From a virus, in IMG/VR virus record IMGVR_UViG_3300002143_000079, positions 1 through 64,000 of that record: a stretch of 64,000 bases of DNA; one strand, written 5' to 3'. How positions within the stretch are numbered: the stretch's first letter is position 1; every line of letters begins with the position of its first letter. The notes under the pieces are model-generated. The model saw nothing but the letters and a program-made list of their open reading frames with translations. It did not search any database and was not told where the DNA came from. Shown piece after piece: positions 1-9,956 of the stretch. The translations under genes were made by a program, and so were the position numbers.

Positions 1-75
1 CAATTCAACCGTGGATGCTCCCGCGATTTCCAACAATTGTTCTTTGATGAGTTTCTTTAAATCAGCTTTATTCAT
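1..75 (-). CDS. 5' end of a gene running off the window (MNKADLKKLIKEQLLE...), probable virion/head protein
   Basis: ATG at 75 just after a TATTTAT motif; LKKLIKE N-terminal motif shared with other late proteins here. Confidence 0.6.
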   Translation of the reverse strand, partial: MNKADLKKLIKEQLLEIAGASTVEL

Positions 76-140
76 GACCATAAATATCAACCAGCAATAT
101 AAAATGTTGATGTTTTTTAAGAATAGTCTATGATATTGAC

Positions 141-614
141 ATGATAACAGAAGTTAAGATTGACTTATTAACGTATGAGGTAGATGCAATTGGACATTGT
201 ACCAATTGTTTCTGCACCATGGGAAGTGGCATTGCGAAACAAATAAAACTGCAGTTGCCAGAGGCTTATCAGGAGGATTTAAAGACCCAATCTGGTGACA
301 AAACCAAGTTTGGTAAGTTCTCAGTAGCCACAATCACCAAACCAAACATTGAAACCAAAATCAAGTTTGTCTACAATTTGTATGGTCAATACTACTACGG
401 TAAGGATAGTCGAAAATTGAACTATGAGTCGATTTACACGGCTATGGAGGGAATGAGAAAAGACTGTGTGGGTAAACCAATAAAATCTATCGGGCTACCT
501 AAGAACATGGGTTGTGCATTAGCTGGTGGTGATTGGAATGTAGTCAACGCAATGATTCATTCCATCTTCGATGATGCGCCGTTTGAGGTTTACATTTGTG
601 AATACACTAAATAA
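141..614 (+). CDS. Macrodomain (ADP-ribose-binding/hydrolase) protein, T4 Tk.4-like
   Basis: HCTNCFCTMGSGIAKQIK and PKNMGCALAGGDW motifs. Confidence 0.85.
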   Translation: MITEVKIDLLTYEVDAIGHCTNCFCTMGSGIAKQIKLQLPEAYQEDLKTQSGDKTKFGKFSVATITKPNIETKIKFVYNLYGQYYYGKDSRKLNYESIYTAMEGMRKDCVGKPIKSIGLPKNMGCALAGGDWNVVNAMIHSIFDDAPFEVYICEYTK

Positions 615-1608
615 TATGGCCAAAATACTCAAAACAAAATCAATTTATTATAACGACATAAATTTGATTGCACAACCGGCTAATCCAAATTTCACAAGTC
701 GTGATTTGGTTCCAAAAGAACTACATAGAATTATCGTATCTCCAATGGATGCGGTAGTTGGTCCAGATTTCGCAAAAGCTGCGTCGGATTTGGGTCTGAC
801 GGTGTGTATTCATAGATTCTGCACTCCCGAAATTCAACTTGAAACATTCCGTAAAACCAATGGTTCCAATGTCTATGTCAGTATTGGATTGGATGATTGG
901 GATAGAGTTGAAAAGTTCAAGGATACAACAACTAATTGGTTAATTGATTGTGCAAATGGGTATTTACACAAAATCAAAAACGTCATATATGAACTTCGTA
1001 CCAGAGCCAATGTTTCCAACTTGATGTTGGGAAATATTCATTCTGCAGATGGAATCCGAATGTATAAAGAGTTCGATAATTGTGGTTTTAACATCCTTTT
1101 TCGTGTCGGTATCGCGGGTGGAAGTGCATGTTCAACGAGTGATGCAACTGGTGTAAATAGAGGAAATATCACTGAAATTATGGAGTGTGCAGAAGAAGCT
1201 GATTTGTATGAAAACTTCTACATTGTCGCTGATGGTGGTATTAAAAATGGTAATTATGCGGCAAAAGCATTCGGTGCAGGAGCAGATTTTGTTATGTTGG
1301 GTGGATTTTTCGGAAAGGCATTAGAGGCACAAACTAACGTCAGTAAAGATGGAACTTTTTGGGGTGGTGCGAGTCACAAACAACAGGAAAGATACAACAC
1401 TGGTCGAATTAGACATAGTGAAGGTAAGGTTTACACTGTCGATGGCACCAAGATTCCATTAAAGGATTTGATGTTCGGAGAAACAGGACTTTGGGGTGGA
1501 TTATCAAGTATTGTTAGCTATTCCGGTCATTTGACATTGAGTGATTTCATTGGAAATGGTGTATTTGAAATCAAGGAAAACAGTCTACCACCGGGAGATA
1601 GAAGATGA
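571..1608 (+). CDS. guaC: GMP reductase / IMPDH-family oxidoreductase (likely start 616)
   Basis: SPMD, IHRF, IDCANG, RVGIAGGSACST, ADGGIK, GADFVMLGG and SEGK motifs; no CBS domains. Confidence 0.8.
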   Translation: MMRRLRFTFVNTLNNMAKILKTKSIYYNDINLIAQPANPNFTSRDLVPKELHRIIVSPMDAVVGPDFAKAASDLGLTVCIHRFCTPEIQLETFRKTNGSNVYVSIGLDDWDRVEKFKDTTTNWLIDCANGYLHKIKNVIYELRTRANVSNLMLGNIHSADGIRMYKEFDNCGFNILFRVGIAGGSACSTSDATGVNRGNITEIMECAEEADLYENFYIVADGGIKNGNYAAKAFGAGADFVMLGGFFGKALEAQTNVSKDGTFWGGASHKQQERYNTGRIRHSEGKVYTVDGTKIPLKDLMFGETGLWGGLSSIVSYSGHLTLSDFIGNGVFEIKENSLPPGDRR

Positions 1609-1832
1609 AAACATCTCATATGGCTTCGAAATTAAGTCATCATTATAACGCAGGTGGTTATTTTAAACCAACTACGTTATGGACACCGGAAGAGATAGAA
1701 GAAAATGGCTTTTACTTTTTACCATGTCATAATTTTTTACAAGATTTGAATGATTTGGAGAATCAACAAAAAATGGTTTGTTCGGAAACTATAGAAATAA
1801 CGCTACTAAGAAAGATATTCCATTTAATTTGA
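1605..1832 (+). CDS. Hypothetical protein overlapping an HNH fragment
   Basis: ATGA overlap with the guaC stop; no recognisable motif. Confidence 0.4.
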   Translation: MKTSHMASKLSHHYNAGGYFKPTTLWTPEEIEENGFYFLPCHNFLQDLNDLENQQKMVCSETIEITLLRKIFHLI

Positions 1833-2095
1833 CAAATGAAGAAATGGAAAACATGTTTTCATCAAAGTGTTTTTATTGTGGAAGAATGCCGTATAGAACC
1901 ATACAGAAAAAAAATTGTTACGGTCATTATATTTGTAATGGTATAGATAGAAAAGATAATTTTAAAGGATATACGATAGAAAATTGTGTCTCTTGTTGTA
2001 TCGAGTGTAATTTTATAAAAAATAAATATCACATAGACGATTTTATAAAATTAGTTAGAATGATTTATGATAATACAAAATCATTGAGTTTGTAA
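1754..2095 (+). pseudogene. C-terminal Zn-binding HNH endonuclease domain lacking a proper N-terminus
   Basis: CFYCG...NGIDRKDN.KGY...NCVSCC..CN; frame opens after a stop at 1751 with FGES..NGLF..Y; only a TTG start. Confidence 0.6.
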
Positions 2096-2098
2096 TAT

Positions 2099-2680
2099 TT
2101 AAACATCACATCGAATTTTATCAAATTCCAAACCATGTTTCTTACACAATTCATTACATTTAGTATATGCTGAGAATGCTTCTTGTGTATTTGGACTCTT
2201 ACTCAACGCTTTCAATTTTTTGATTTTATCGAACATTTCGAGAGTTACATCACCATAGAGATACATACCCATATTAGGTTGTTTCGATTCATATTCATTG
2301 TGTTGTAAATGACCCGTCTCTTTATTATATTGTTCTTCCAAGATACGAACGTCTTTACCTAAATCTTTATCTTCTCGTAACACCTCTAATAACGACTGAC
2401 TACCTTGTGGGTCATCACGTAACATAAAGTAGAGGAAGTTAAGAATAGGCGTCTCTCTGGTAGGAATAAAGACAGCTGTACAAATTTCTTCCGGTTTCAA
2501 CCCTTTACGTTTACCCTCTTCCAACAACAATCTCTTCTTTTCCGTTCCCGTCTCAATCTCAGTGTCGTATTTCTTATTATACTCTTGTGCCGAATAACCG
2601 AGGTTTGTTCTATCCCGCTGAGCCTCTTTCGTTTTATTTGCGAGATATTCTTTGTATTTGGTATCGTTAAAAATGTTCAT
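2099..2680 (-). CDS. Hypothetical protein with a C-terminal DUF2786-like motif
   Basis: KIKKLKALSKSPNTQEA.SA..KC.EL.KKHGL. Confidence 0.6.
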   Translation of the reverse strand: MNIFNDTKYKEYLANKTKEAQRDRTNLGYSAQEYNKKYDTEIETGTEKKRLLLEEGKRKGLKPEEICTAVFIPTRETPILNFLYFMLRDDPQGSQSLLEVLREDKDLGKDVRILEEQYNKETGHLQHNEYESKQPNMGMYLYGDVTLEMFDKIKKLKALSKSPNTQEAFSAYTKCNELCKKHGLEFDKIRCDV

Positions 2681-2706
2681 AACTTATCATATATATGTCG
2701 AACCTA

Positions 2707-3459
2707 TCATTGGATATTTTTTATTTTTCGTTTGTGGTATTTTACCGTCGTCATTCCAAGATTATATTTAGTAGACAATTCAACAACGGTCAGTAACCCA
2801 TCTTTTATATCCTGATATAAAAGTGGTTTAATTGTTTTCATCCTAGATTTACTTTCTTTTATACGTAATTTACATTCGTCGGTCATTTTACCAACCACTC
2901 TACCGGATAGATTATTGGAATATACGTAATTTATTTTTCGATTTCTCAACTTCTCAATTCTTTCTTGATACTTTTGCGGACCTTCACTTCCATATTTTTC
3001 AATAAACCAATTACGTGTAAATCGTCCCTTGGCTTTTCTTTTTTGGATAGAAATAGAATCATTTGAGTGACGTTTTCCAAACATCGGATTATTTTCACCT
3101 GAACAAATGGTTTTCATTTTCTCAATAAACTGTTCTTTATTTGGATTGTTAGTGATGTTGTCTCCACCACTTGCGGTGGAACAAATGTTATATCCCACGT
3201 CTCTTAAATATGGTTTAAATGTATCCAAGTAAAATTGTTCTCTAATAATCAACTGACCCAAATCCACCAGTTCTATTACATCAAACCGGAATTTACCCTC
3301 CCCATATAAATTCCACGCATTTTGTAATTTTTGATTTACATGACAACCATCATTAAGATTTCGACGGTGTTCCACCCACCGACCATCAATGTTTTTAGAT
3401 GACCCTATATAAAAACGGTGGGTTTCAACATTTGTTATTTTATAAATACCACTAATCAT
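2707..3459 (-). CDS. GIY-YIG homing endonuclease with NUMOD3 (Seg-like)
   Basis: SGIYKI...FYIGSS...RW..H; GENNPMFGKRHS; free-standing next to gp23. Confidence 0.9.
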   Translation of the reverse strand: MISGIYKITNVETHRFYIGSSKNIDGRWVEHRRNLNDGCHVNQKLQNAWNLYGEGKFRFDVIELVDLGQLIIREQFYLDTFKPYLRDVGYNICSTASGGDNITNNPNKEQFIEKMKTICSGENNPMFGKRHSNDSISIQKRKAKGRFTRNWFIEKYGSEGPQKYQERIEKLRNRKINYVYSNNLSGRVVGKMTDECKLRIKESKSRMKTIKPLLYQDIKDGLLTVVELSTKYNLGMTTVKYHKRKIKNIQ

Positions 3460-3500
3460 TGACCATAAATATCAAGAGTTCTATGGAAAGGTTAAAATTT

Positions 3501-3532
3501 AAACAAAAAAGAGCCTCCAAAAAGGAGGCTCT
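3501..3532 (-). terminator. Rho-independent terminator of the capsid gene
   Basis: AGAGCCTCC-5nt-GGAGGCTCT stem followed by a U-tract on the minus strand. Confidence 0.85.
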
Positions 3533-3556
3533 CTGTATTTAATTATTCGTTATTGA

Positions 3557-5236
3557 TTACACGTAGTTCAAGTCGGCAATCAAGATTCGGCCATAAAATT
3601 CTGGGCGAACTACCTTCTTAGCATAACGAGTCATGACACCACGACGAGGCGTGAAGTTCACTGGATCGTAAACCAATGGAGTTTGAACCAATGGGATGTA
3701 TGGGCTGTAAACAGCACCGGTTTCGAGGAAGTTATTTCCACGGAAACCAACCAAGATTTGGTTTTCAACCATGTATGGGTTCTTGTAAACTTGGAAACGG
3801 TTAGCGAAGCTACCGACCTTACTTACACCCATCGCGAATTTAGCACTATCACCGTCAGTGTTGACCATGAAGCCAGGGATACATTCCAAGACAGTAGCAA
3901 CATCGGGACTTACGACCACGAAGTTAGCACCACCACGGAGAGTCAATTGGTGAATCTTGTTAGATACCTTTTGGATCTTGTTACCGAGCGTTTGGAACCA
4001 TGTGGATTTGACATACGCGGTTCTGTTTGCTGCGGAATCTTCGATACGGGTGAACGAAGCGTTACCACTTGCGTCAAGCGTTCTGGTGAATTCCGTACCA
4101 ATCTTAGCAGACCATGCTTCGGTGGTGGCACCGGGAGCGGAGGTCAATAACATGTCGAGGATTTCGAGGTCGATTTCCATCGAGACATATTCACTCAAGA
4201 GAGCAGTCAATTCTGCTTCTGCGTCAATGCTGTGGTAAGCGTTCAAGTCTTGTGCGAGTTCTGGAGTCCAGACTGCTTTCAACTTACGGGTCTTAGCCAC
4301 GATTGGTTCGCTCTTGAGTTCCAAGTTGACTTCTGGAATACCAATGTCAACACCTGCGTTAATACCAGAGTTAGCACCACTTCCGCTAAACGGATATTTG
4401 TCTTCGAAGTCACCACGGGTTGCATCACTTGGTTGTAAGCTACCAGAGACAACGACTGTCGAAGCAGCCAAGTCCAAGGATGACGTTACAACTGCTTCAA
4501 CTACATAGTATGGAGAAGCTGCGGAACCAGTGTTATATACCTTCGTGAATTGACCCAACACGTTCAAGTCAACGGATTCGGAGAAGAAGGTGAAACTTCT
4601 TACTGCGGTTGTATCCCAACGAGCTGCGTTAGAACCGAGGTTCCACGTAATCTTTTGGTAATCACCGGCAACTGCACTTGCAGAATAGTCGGCATCATAG
4701 TTCACTGCGGACCATGCGGTTAAATCGACAGCCAAGGATGAGGATGCTGCGGTAACGACGGAAGACGTTGGGTTAATGGTATAACCGAAACGACCAGCAC
4801 CGTATAGACCGTTGGTAGCGCTATCGGTAGAACCGAGCTTCTTCAACGTACCACCGAACAACGAATCACCTTCGGTGTGCCCCCCACGGGTATTACCGTA
4901 TTTGAAGTCGAGATAGAAAATCAAACCGCTTGGGAGATTCATTGGTTGAACCGAGACGAATTCCTTTGCTGCGATTTCTGCGAACACACGGCGAACCAAT
5001 GGAAGAGCAACCCCTGCCCATTGTTCACTGTTGGTAGAAGTACCCGTTGAGGTAGCTTCCTTGATCAATTGTTGTGCTTGGTTTTCAAGCAAAACAGACA
5101 TTTGTGCCTTCTCGACACCTTTCAAACCTTCGAGCAAACCGGTTTTTTCCCATTTGCCTTGCAAACCACGTGTTTCTTCCAATAAACGATTCATTGGACT
5201 AACGTTGCTTGTCAACAATTCTTTAATTTCATTCAT
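3557..5236 (-). CDS. gp23: Major capsid protein (T4 gp23-like)
   Basis: LLENQ, LVRR, VQPM..PSGLIFYL, AKTRKLKA.WT.ELAQDL.AYH..DAEAEL, FTPRRGVMTRY. Confidence 0.97.
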   Translation of the reverse strand: MNEIKELLTSNVSPMNRLLEETRGLQGKWEKTGLLEGLKGVEKAQMSVLLENQAQQLIKEATSTGTSTNSEQWAGVALPLVRRVFAEIAAKEFVSVQPMNLPSGLIFYLDFKYGNTRGGHTEGDSLFGGTLKKLGSTDSATNGLYGAGRFGYTINPTSSVVTAASSSLAVDLTAWSAVNYDADYSASAVAGDYQKITWNLGSNAARWDTTAVRSFTFFSESVDLNVLGQFTKVYNTGSAASPYYVVEAVVTSSLDLAASTVVVSGSLQPSDATRGDFEDKYPFSGSGANSGINAGVDIGIPEVNLELKSEPIVAKTRKLKAVWTPELAQDLNAYHSIDAEAELTALLSEYVSMEIDLEILDMLLTSAPGATTEAWSAKIGTEFTRTLDASGNASFTRIEDSAANRTAYVKSTWFQTLGNKIQKVSNKIHQLTLRGGANFVVVSPDVATVLECIPGFMVNTDGDSAKFAMGVSKVGSFANRFQVYKNPYMVENQILVGFRGNNFLETGAVYSPYIPLVQTPLVYDPVNFTPRRGVMTRYAKKVVRPEFYGRILIADLNYV

Positions 5237-5277
5237 AGTATTTGTATTTGTTAAACTAACATTTACGCTTTTTAAAT

Positions 5278-6327
5278 TTACTTCTTGATACCAGCGAGTT
5301 TTTGGAATCTTGAAACCGTTTCGTTAATCGGAGCACTGACGATTTTCTCGGCAGGCTTGGTTGTTCCAGTTGATTGTGATGCGAAGCCTTCAGCAATCGT
5401 GGTCTTTTGGCTTGGGGCCTTCTTCACTTTGCTAAGATTAAATGCTTCTGACAAATTATTGTAGGTCAATTTAACTTCACGAACGGACTTAGTTAAGTCG
5501 AACGCTTCAATAATCTTCATTTTTTGTGAGTTATCAAATGCGTGTGCTTTGAACAATTTGTTCGTATAAAGCAGTTTTGCATTCAATAGGTTCACTTCGT
5601 TGAGTTGGCTGCGTAAGAATTCAATAGTCTCGCAAGCCTCGGCAAATTGTTTTTTGGTTTCTTCAAGTTCTTTTTCTTTTTCTTCGTCTTTTTCTTCCTT
5701 CTCATCGGAATTTTCAGACAAACTTGAGAGTAATTCGTTTAAGTCGATTTCTTCATCGTCATCGTCTTTCTTTTCTTCCTCTTCTTCATTCAAACTAGCA
5801 ATCATTGCTTCCAAGTTGAGGTCTGCATCAACTGGTGGTGGGACATCCGTTGGAGGAGCAGATGGTGGAGGAACTGGAGCACCTTGTGCGCCTGGTAATT
5901 GATCCGGTGCGACAACCATAACTGGAGCAGCAACTGTTTGAACGGTAGCTGGGTCAATTGGTGCGCCTGGGACTGGTGGAACTGGAGCAGCAGGAGCTGG
6001 AACGGAAGCATCAACCGGAGCATCAGATGCTGGTGGAACGTCTTCTTCGTTAATATCTTTATTCAACTCTGCCAAAATTGCATCAATGTCTTCTGAGGTG
6101 ATTTCTTCACCTTCGGCAGCGACAGGATCAGGCGCGAGAGGAATCTCAGTTCCTTCTTCTTCATCAGTTCCTTCTTCTTCACCCAACTCTTCTTTTAATT
6201 TTTCAGCCATCAAACGGGCCATTCTTGGAGCGAAAGCTTCTTCGAGGGACGCTTTAGCATTTGCGAGTGCGCTTGCACGAACTGCTTTTGCATCAGCGAT
6301 AGCTTCTTTAAATAATTCTGAACTCAT
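5278..6327 (-). CDS. Prohead core/scaffold protein
   Basis: Acidic Pro/Ala-rich linker and coiled coil (LNEVNLLNAKLLY); C-terminal RFQKLAGI; directly upstream of gp23. Confidence 0.8.
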   Translation of the reverse strand: MSSELFKEAIADAKAVRASALANAKASLEEAFAPRMARLMAEKLKEELGEEEGTDEEEGTEIPLAPDPVAAEGEEITSEDIDAILAELNKDINEEDVPPASDAPVDASVPAPAAPVPPVPGAPIDPATVQTVAAPVMVVAPDQLPGAQGAPVPPPSAPPTDVPPPVDADLNLEAMIASLNEEEEEKKDDDDEEIDLNELLSSLSENSDEKEEKDEEKEKELEETKKQFAEACETIEFLRSQLNEVNLLNAKLLYTNKLFKAHAFDNSQKMKIIEAFDLTKSVREVKLTYNNLSEAFNLSKVKKAPSQKTTIAEGFASQSTGTTKPAEKIVSAPINETVSRFQKLAGIKK

Positions 6328-6458
6328 ATGTTTTAACTTTTGGTTATTTTTGTGAAGTTATTATAGAACTTCAATGAAGTGTGTAAAATTCGGAACAATA
6401 TATGAATAATATTGTATTCGTTGTATAAATATAATTAAAAATACAAAAACGTTAAATT

Positions 6459-7061
6459 TTATTTAGTTGGCGATTGAGGTTGGCCAGATTGTTGATTATT
6501 TTGTGGATCATCAATATCAAAATACATTTCGAGTTTTTTACCAATATCCTCATATAAAGCCTCTAATTGTTGTTCTCGAATTTGAACTTCTTTAGCTAAT
6601 TTACCAAATTGTTCTGAGTATTTTTTTATTTCTTGATAATGTCTCTTTACAGTGTTTTCTTCAAACCAATCACCACATTCGTTGATAGCATATGCTTCAG
6701 ACAAATCGGCAATTTCTTGTAAATTTTTAGCAACTTCGGTAATTTTCGTTTCACGATATACAGATTTACCATATTCATTGTAACGAGCAACCATTGTTAC
6801 CAGTTTCTTTTTTTCATCCACTGACATTTTAGGAGTTTTATCCTCTTTACCTTGTGACGATTGTGGAGCCACTGGTGCTGTTGGTTTGACCGGATTTCCG
6901 TCAATATTCATGCCTTCCAAAAGTTTTTTCAATTGTATCATACGATTATAAATAGTTAAAATTTTCCAAATAGGTCGTGAATCCGATGCATCAACTTTGT
7001 GTGATATCGGAATATCTCCGTTTTTGTTTTTTGATTGTTTATGGTTGGTTCTAAATACCAA
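6459..7061 (-). CDS. Hypothetical head-module protein (likely start MIQLKKLLE near 6941)
   Basis: Helical C-terminus (DWFEENTVKR...LYEDIG..L..YF); position in head operon. Confidence 0.6.
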   Translation of the reverse strand: MVFRTNHKQSKNKNGDIPISHKVDASDSRPIWKILTIYNRMIQLKKLLEGMNIDGNPVKPTAPVAPQSSQGKEDKTPKMSVDEKKKLVTMVARYNEYGKSVYRETKITEVAKNLQEIADLSEAYAINECGDWFEENTVKRHYQEIKKYSEQFGKLAKEVQIREQQLEALYEDIGKKLEMYFDIDDPQNNQQSGQPQSPTK

Positions 7062-7258
7062 CCATCTTTTTTACGGTAAACTTTGAATTTAACCTTTTTT
7101 TCTTTACCGAGAAAGTCCTCCAACTGTTCAAATGACATGGAATATGCATCATCAACCTCAAAACCAAGGTCATTTAACATCTCCCATTCATGGATTAACC
7201 AATCATCGGGTGGAATGTAATCGGTTTGAATAGCACTTTTTAATGTTAACTTATTCAT
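6956..7258 (-). CDS. Hypothetical protein
   Basis: ORF coupled to neighbours. Confidence 0.55.
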   Translation of the reverse strand: MNKLTLKSAIQTDYIPPDDWLIHEWEMLNDLGFEVDDAYSMSFEQLEDFLGKEKKVKFKVYRKKDGWYLEPTINNQKTKTEIFRYHTKLMHRIHDLFGKF

Positions 7259-7773
7259 TTGATATTCAATTCCTTTACAATGTAATTCACAAAATTAAAT
7301 AACGCATGTTCATCACCTCTAGGATTGATAGGTCTACTTATTTTGATTATTATAGTATCCTTCTCAACTTTCTCTGGTTGTGGTGCGGGTGTAGGACTTA
7401 CGGCCGACGCCACATCAACATCGTCAGCACTCAAATTCACCGGTCTACGATCTGGACAACATAACGCTACAAAAACGGGTTTAGGTTGTAATTTTTTTAT
7501 TACCACCATTTGCTTATTATTACCATTTGTCTGTTCCGTCGCACTATACTTGATTTGAGTTGCGGAAGATTCATCGGGTTTAATATCCAATGTTTGTAAA
7601 ATGTCTATTTCATCTCGCGTGAAAGGTTGACCAACATTTTCTGGTTTGTTTACAAAATCATCAAAGTTATCCTGCGCCTTAACATTCTTAACAACGGGAT
7701 TTTCGGCTTCCTCGGAAAGAAATTCCCGTATCAACCCCTTCAATATTTGTTTACCACTATTGTCATTTATCAT
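7255..7773 (-). CDS. Hypothetical head protein
   Basis: LKGLIREFLSE N-terminal motif; head operon. Confidence 0.6.
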   Translation of the reverse strand: MINDNSGKQILKGLIREFLSEEAENPVVKNVKAQDNFDDFVNKPENVGQPFTRDEIDILQTLDIKPDESSATQIKYSATEQTNGNNKQMVVIKKLQPKPVFVALCCPDRRPVNLSADDVDVASAVSPTPAPQPEKVEKDTIIIKISRPINPRGDEHALFNFVNYIVKELNIK

Positions 7774-7778
7774 GATTG

Positions 7779-8411
7779 TTATTTAATTTCCGATAAAATG
7801 TCTCGAATAATATCATCCACTTTGGTCCACTTATTATCAATTGGATTAATTACATTCCTCGTTACCGACTCATTCATTGGAGCCTTTTGAGACATAAATG
7901 CCCCAATGGTGCTAGGATTGCTAACAAAATCAAACGCAATTAAACTAAAATCGTCGTTCACTTCTACGGTGCTTTCATTAACCTTCTTCACCGTTCCAGC
8001 ACCACGACTAGAAATTCCCAAGGTGATTCCACATTTCAACAATTCTTTCAAAATATTACCGCTTGGAGTAGTCAAAATTTCCACTTCACCCATCAATTCT
8101 TTACCATTCCACCATGTTCTGAGTATGTTATGACTAACGTTTTTTAAATTCACAACTTCACTGTCTGGATGGTCTAATTCACCCATTGCACGTTTTTGTT
8201 GAACAAAATTTTGATTATACTTTTCAACTTCACGTTGTAATATTTCAAAAGGATACACTCGACCATTTTGATTTTTTGACTCCGCACGTTGTAAAATACC
8301 ACTAACACACATTTTACCATCAGCCGCTGACTCGTTTAATGTTTGTTTAAACTCGAATGGAATACATTCTATCAATAATTCTTTCATATTAGTTAGCAAT
8401 TTGTTTTTCAA
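7779..8411 (-). CDS. gp21: Prohead core protease (T4 gp21-like; likely start 8387)
   Basis: NQNGRVYP, GELDHP, VSH, TPSGNILK, GISSRG.G, DFVSNPS. Confidence 0.95.
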   Translation of the reverse strand: MKNKLLTNMKELLIECIPFEFKQTLNESAADGKMCVSGILQRAESKNQNGRVYPFEILQREVEKYNQNFVQQKRAMGELDHPDSEVVNLKNVSHNILRTWWNGKELMGEVEILTTPSGNILKELLKCGITLGISSRGAGTVKKVNESTVEVNDDFSLIAFDFVSNPSTIGAFMSQKAPMNESVTRNVINPIDNKWTKVDDIIRDILSEIK

Positions 8412-9021
8412 GAGGGGTTGTAGGAGCTACTGGCGCTACTGGAGCTACGGCTGTTGGAACAGCAGGTTGCGATACACCAGCTTGTGTAGCATTCGACATA
8501 ATTTTTAATGGAATGGCTGTATTTACAAAAAATTGTTTATCCTTTTCTTGACGACCAGATTCAGCCCCATGTAAAATCAACTTATAATCGTCTTTACCAT
8601 AATAATCTTCCAAAGTGACTGCATCCACTCTTACATTATACATTTTTTCAGCTTGACCATATCCTTTACTAGCCTGTGCCTGAACATTTTTACCCGCTAA
8701 TTTCTGTGTTAAATTTTGACGAAATTTTTGTTCCAATGAAGATTCGGTTGACGCCATTGCTTGTTTTAAAGATTGTACATCTTTGGACGCATCGTATGAA
8801 GCTTCTTCATTTAATTTCTCATATTCCTCTTCGACCGTTTCATCAATGTCTTTTACGGGTTTATAACCCAACTTTTCACTACCTTTAGTTGCCGCGTTTT
8901 TACCTGCACCTTTACGACTAAACGCAAATGGTGTCTGATAACCAGCCACTGAACCAGTGGAGGTCATTTCTTTCAAGATTTCACTAACAATCTTTTTTAT
9001 TGCTGATTTAATGTCCTTCAT
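8389..9021 (-). CDS. Hypothetical head protein
   Basis: IKKIVSEILKE N-terminus and EMTSTGSVAGYQTPFAF motif; head operon. Confidence 0.6.
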   Translation of the reverse strand: MKDIKSAIKKIVSEILKEMTSTGSVAGYQTPFAFSRKGAGKNAATKGSEKLGYKPVKDIDETVEEEYEKLNEEASYDASKDVQSLKQAMASTESSLEQKFRQNLTQKLAGKNVQAQASKGYGQAEKMYNVRVDAVTLEDYYGKDDYKLILHGAESGRQEKDKQFFVNTAIPLKIMSNATQAGVSQPAVPTAVAPVAPVAPTTPLEKQIAN

Positions 9022-9022
9022 A

Positions 9023-9889
9023 TTATTTCAATCCGGCTTTGATTTCTTTAATCAATTCATATGAGAGTAACAACAACATGACGTGATTATCTTTAACACC
9101 CTTACTCAAATTTATCTTATTTAACTGATTATTTACTTCGTTAATTTTGATGCGGATAATTTGTGAATCAATATTTGGAGATAAATCTTCCAATTCTTTT
9201 TGAATTTTACTCTTTTCTTCCGCAATAAATGTAGAAATATGTGTTGTGTTAGACACTCCGTTGATATATTCCTTCAACATTCTCTTCTGACTTGAATCTA
9301 AGGAGTTGTATTTACTGTTGAGTTTTTCAACCAAGAATTTATATGCCAATAAACGAACTTCTTCACTTTCCTTTCTGTAATACTCCAACAATTCATCGTC
9401 TTTAACCTGATTATCCTTCTTATTGACAACTAAATTTTCCAATAAGAAGGATTTGGCTTTAACTACATCTTCAATTCTAAAACTGTTTGATTCGATGTGA
9501 TTTTCAAATACTTTGTAGATAGATGCGTGAACTTTATAATTTTTAATACTCGATTTTAGAAATGCGTCGATGGGATATGTTTCCTTAATTTCCTTGATTA
9601 AATCGTATTTTTCCTGATTGAGTTGTTTGGTATTAAGGGATTCCCTCGTTTTTAACACCACCGAAAGTGATTGTTCCGCTTTAGACTCAGTAAGAAACTG
9701 TTCATTGACGAGGAAGTTGTATAACTGCCACTCCTTCCCAAGCTGTTTGCTTTCTTTAAAATACTTGAATAGAATATCTTTAGCTTTCGACTCGTTTTTA
9801 CCCGCCAAAATGTCGGCGGTCACTTGTCTCGCTAATAATTCAAATAATATTCCCGTATTTTTGAATTTCGAATGTTTAGACTTATGCAT
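9023..9889 (-). CDS. Helical head-module protein of unknown function
   Basis: KHSKFKNTGILFELL start; between portal and protease. Confidence 0.65.
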   Translation of the reverse strand: MHKSKHSKFKNTGILFELLARQVTADILAGKNESKAKDILFKYFKESKQLGKEWQLYNFLVNEQFLTESKAEQSLSVVLKTRESLNTKQLNQEKYDLIKEIKETYPIDAFLKSSIKNYKVHASIYKVFENHIESNSFRIEDVVKAKSFLLENLVVNKKDNQVKDDELLEYYRKESEEVRLLAYKFLVEKLNSKYNSLDSSQKRMLKEYINGVSNTTHISTFIAEEKSKIQKELEDLSPNIDSQIIRIKINEVNNQLNKINLSKGVKDNHVMLLLLSYELIKEIKAGLK

Positions 9890-9956
9890 ATATCTAATTT
9901 ACCTTAATTTATAAATATTGTGTTTTTTTGTTAAAATTCTATATTTTGTAATATAT

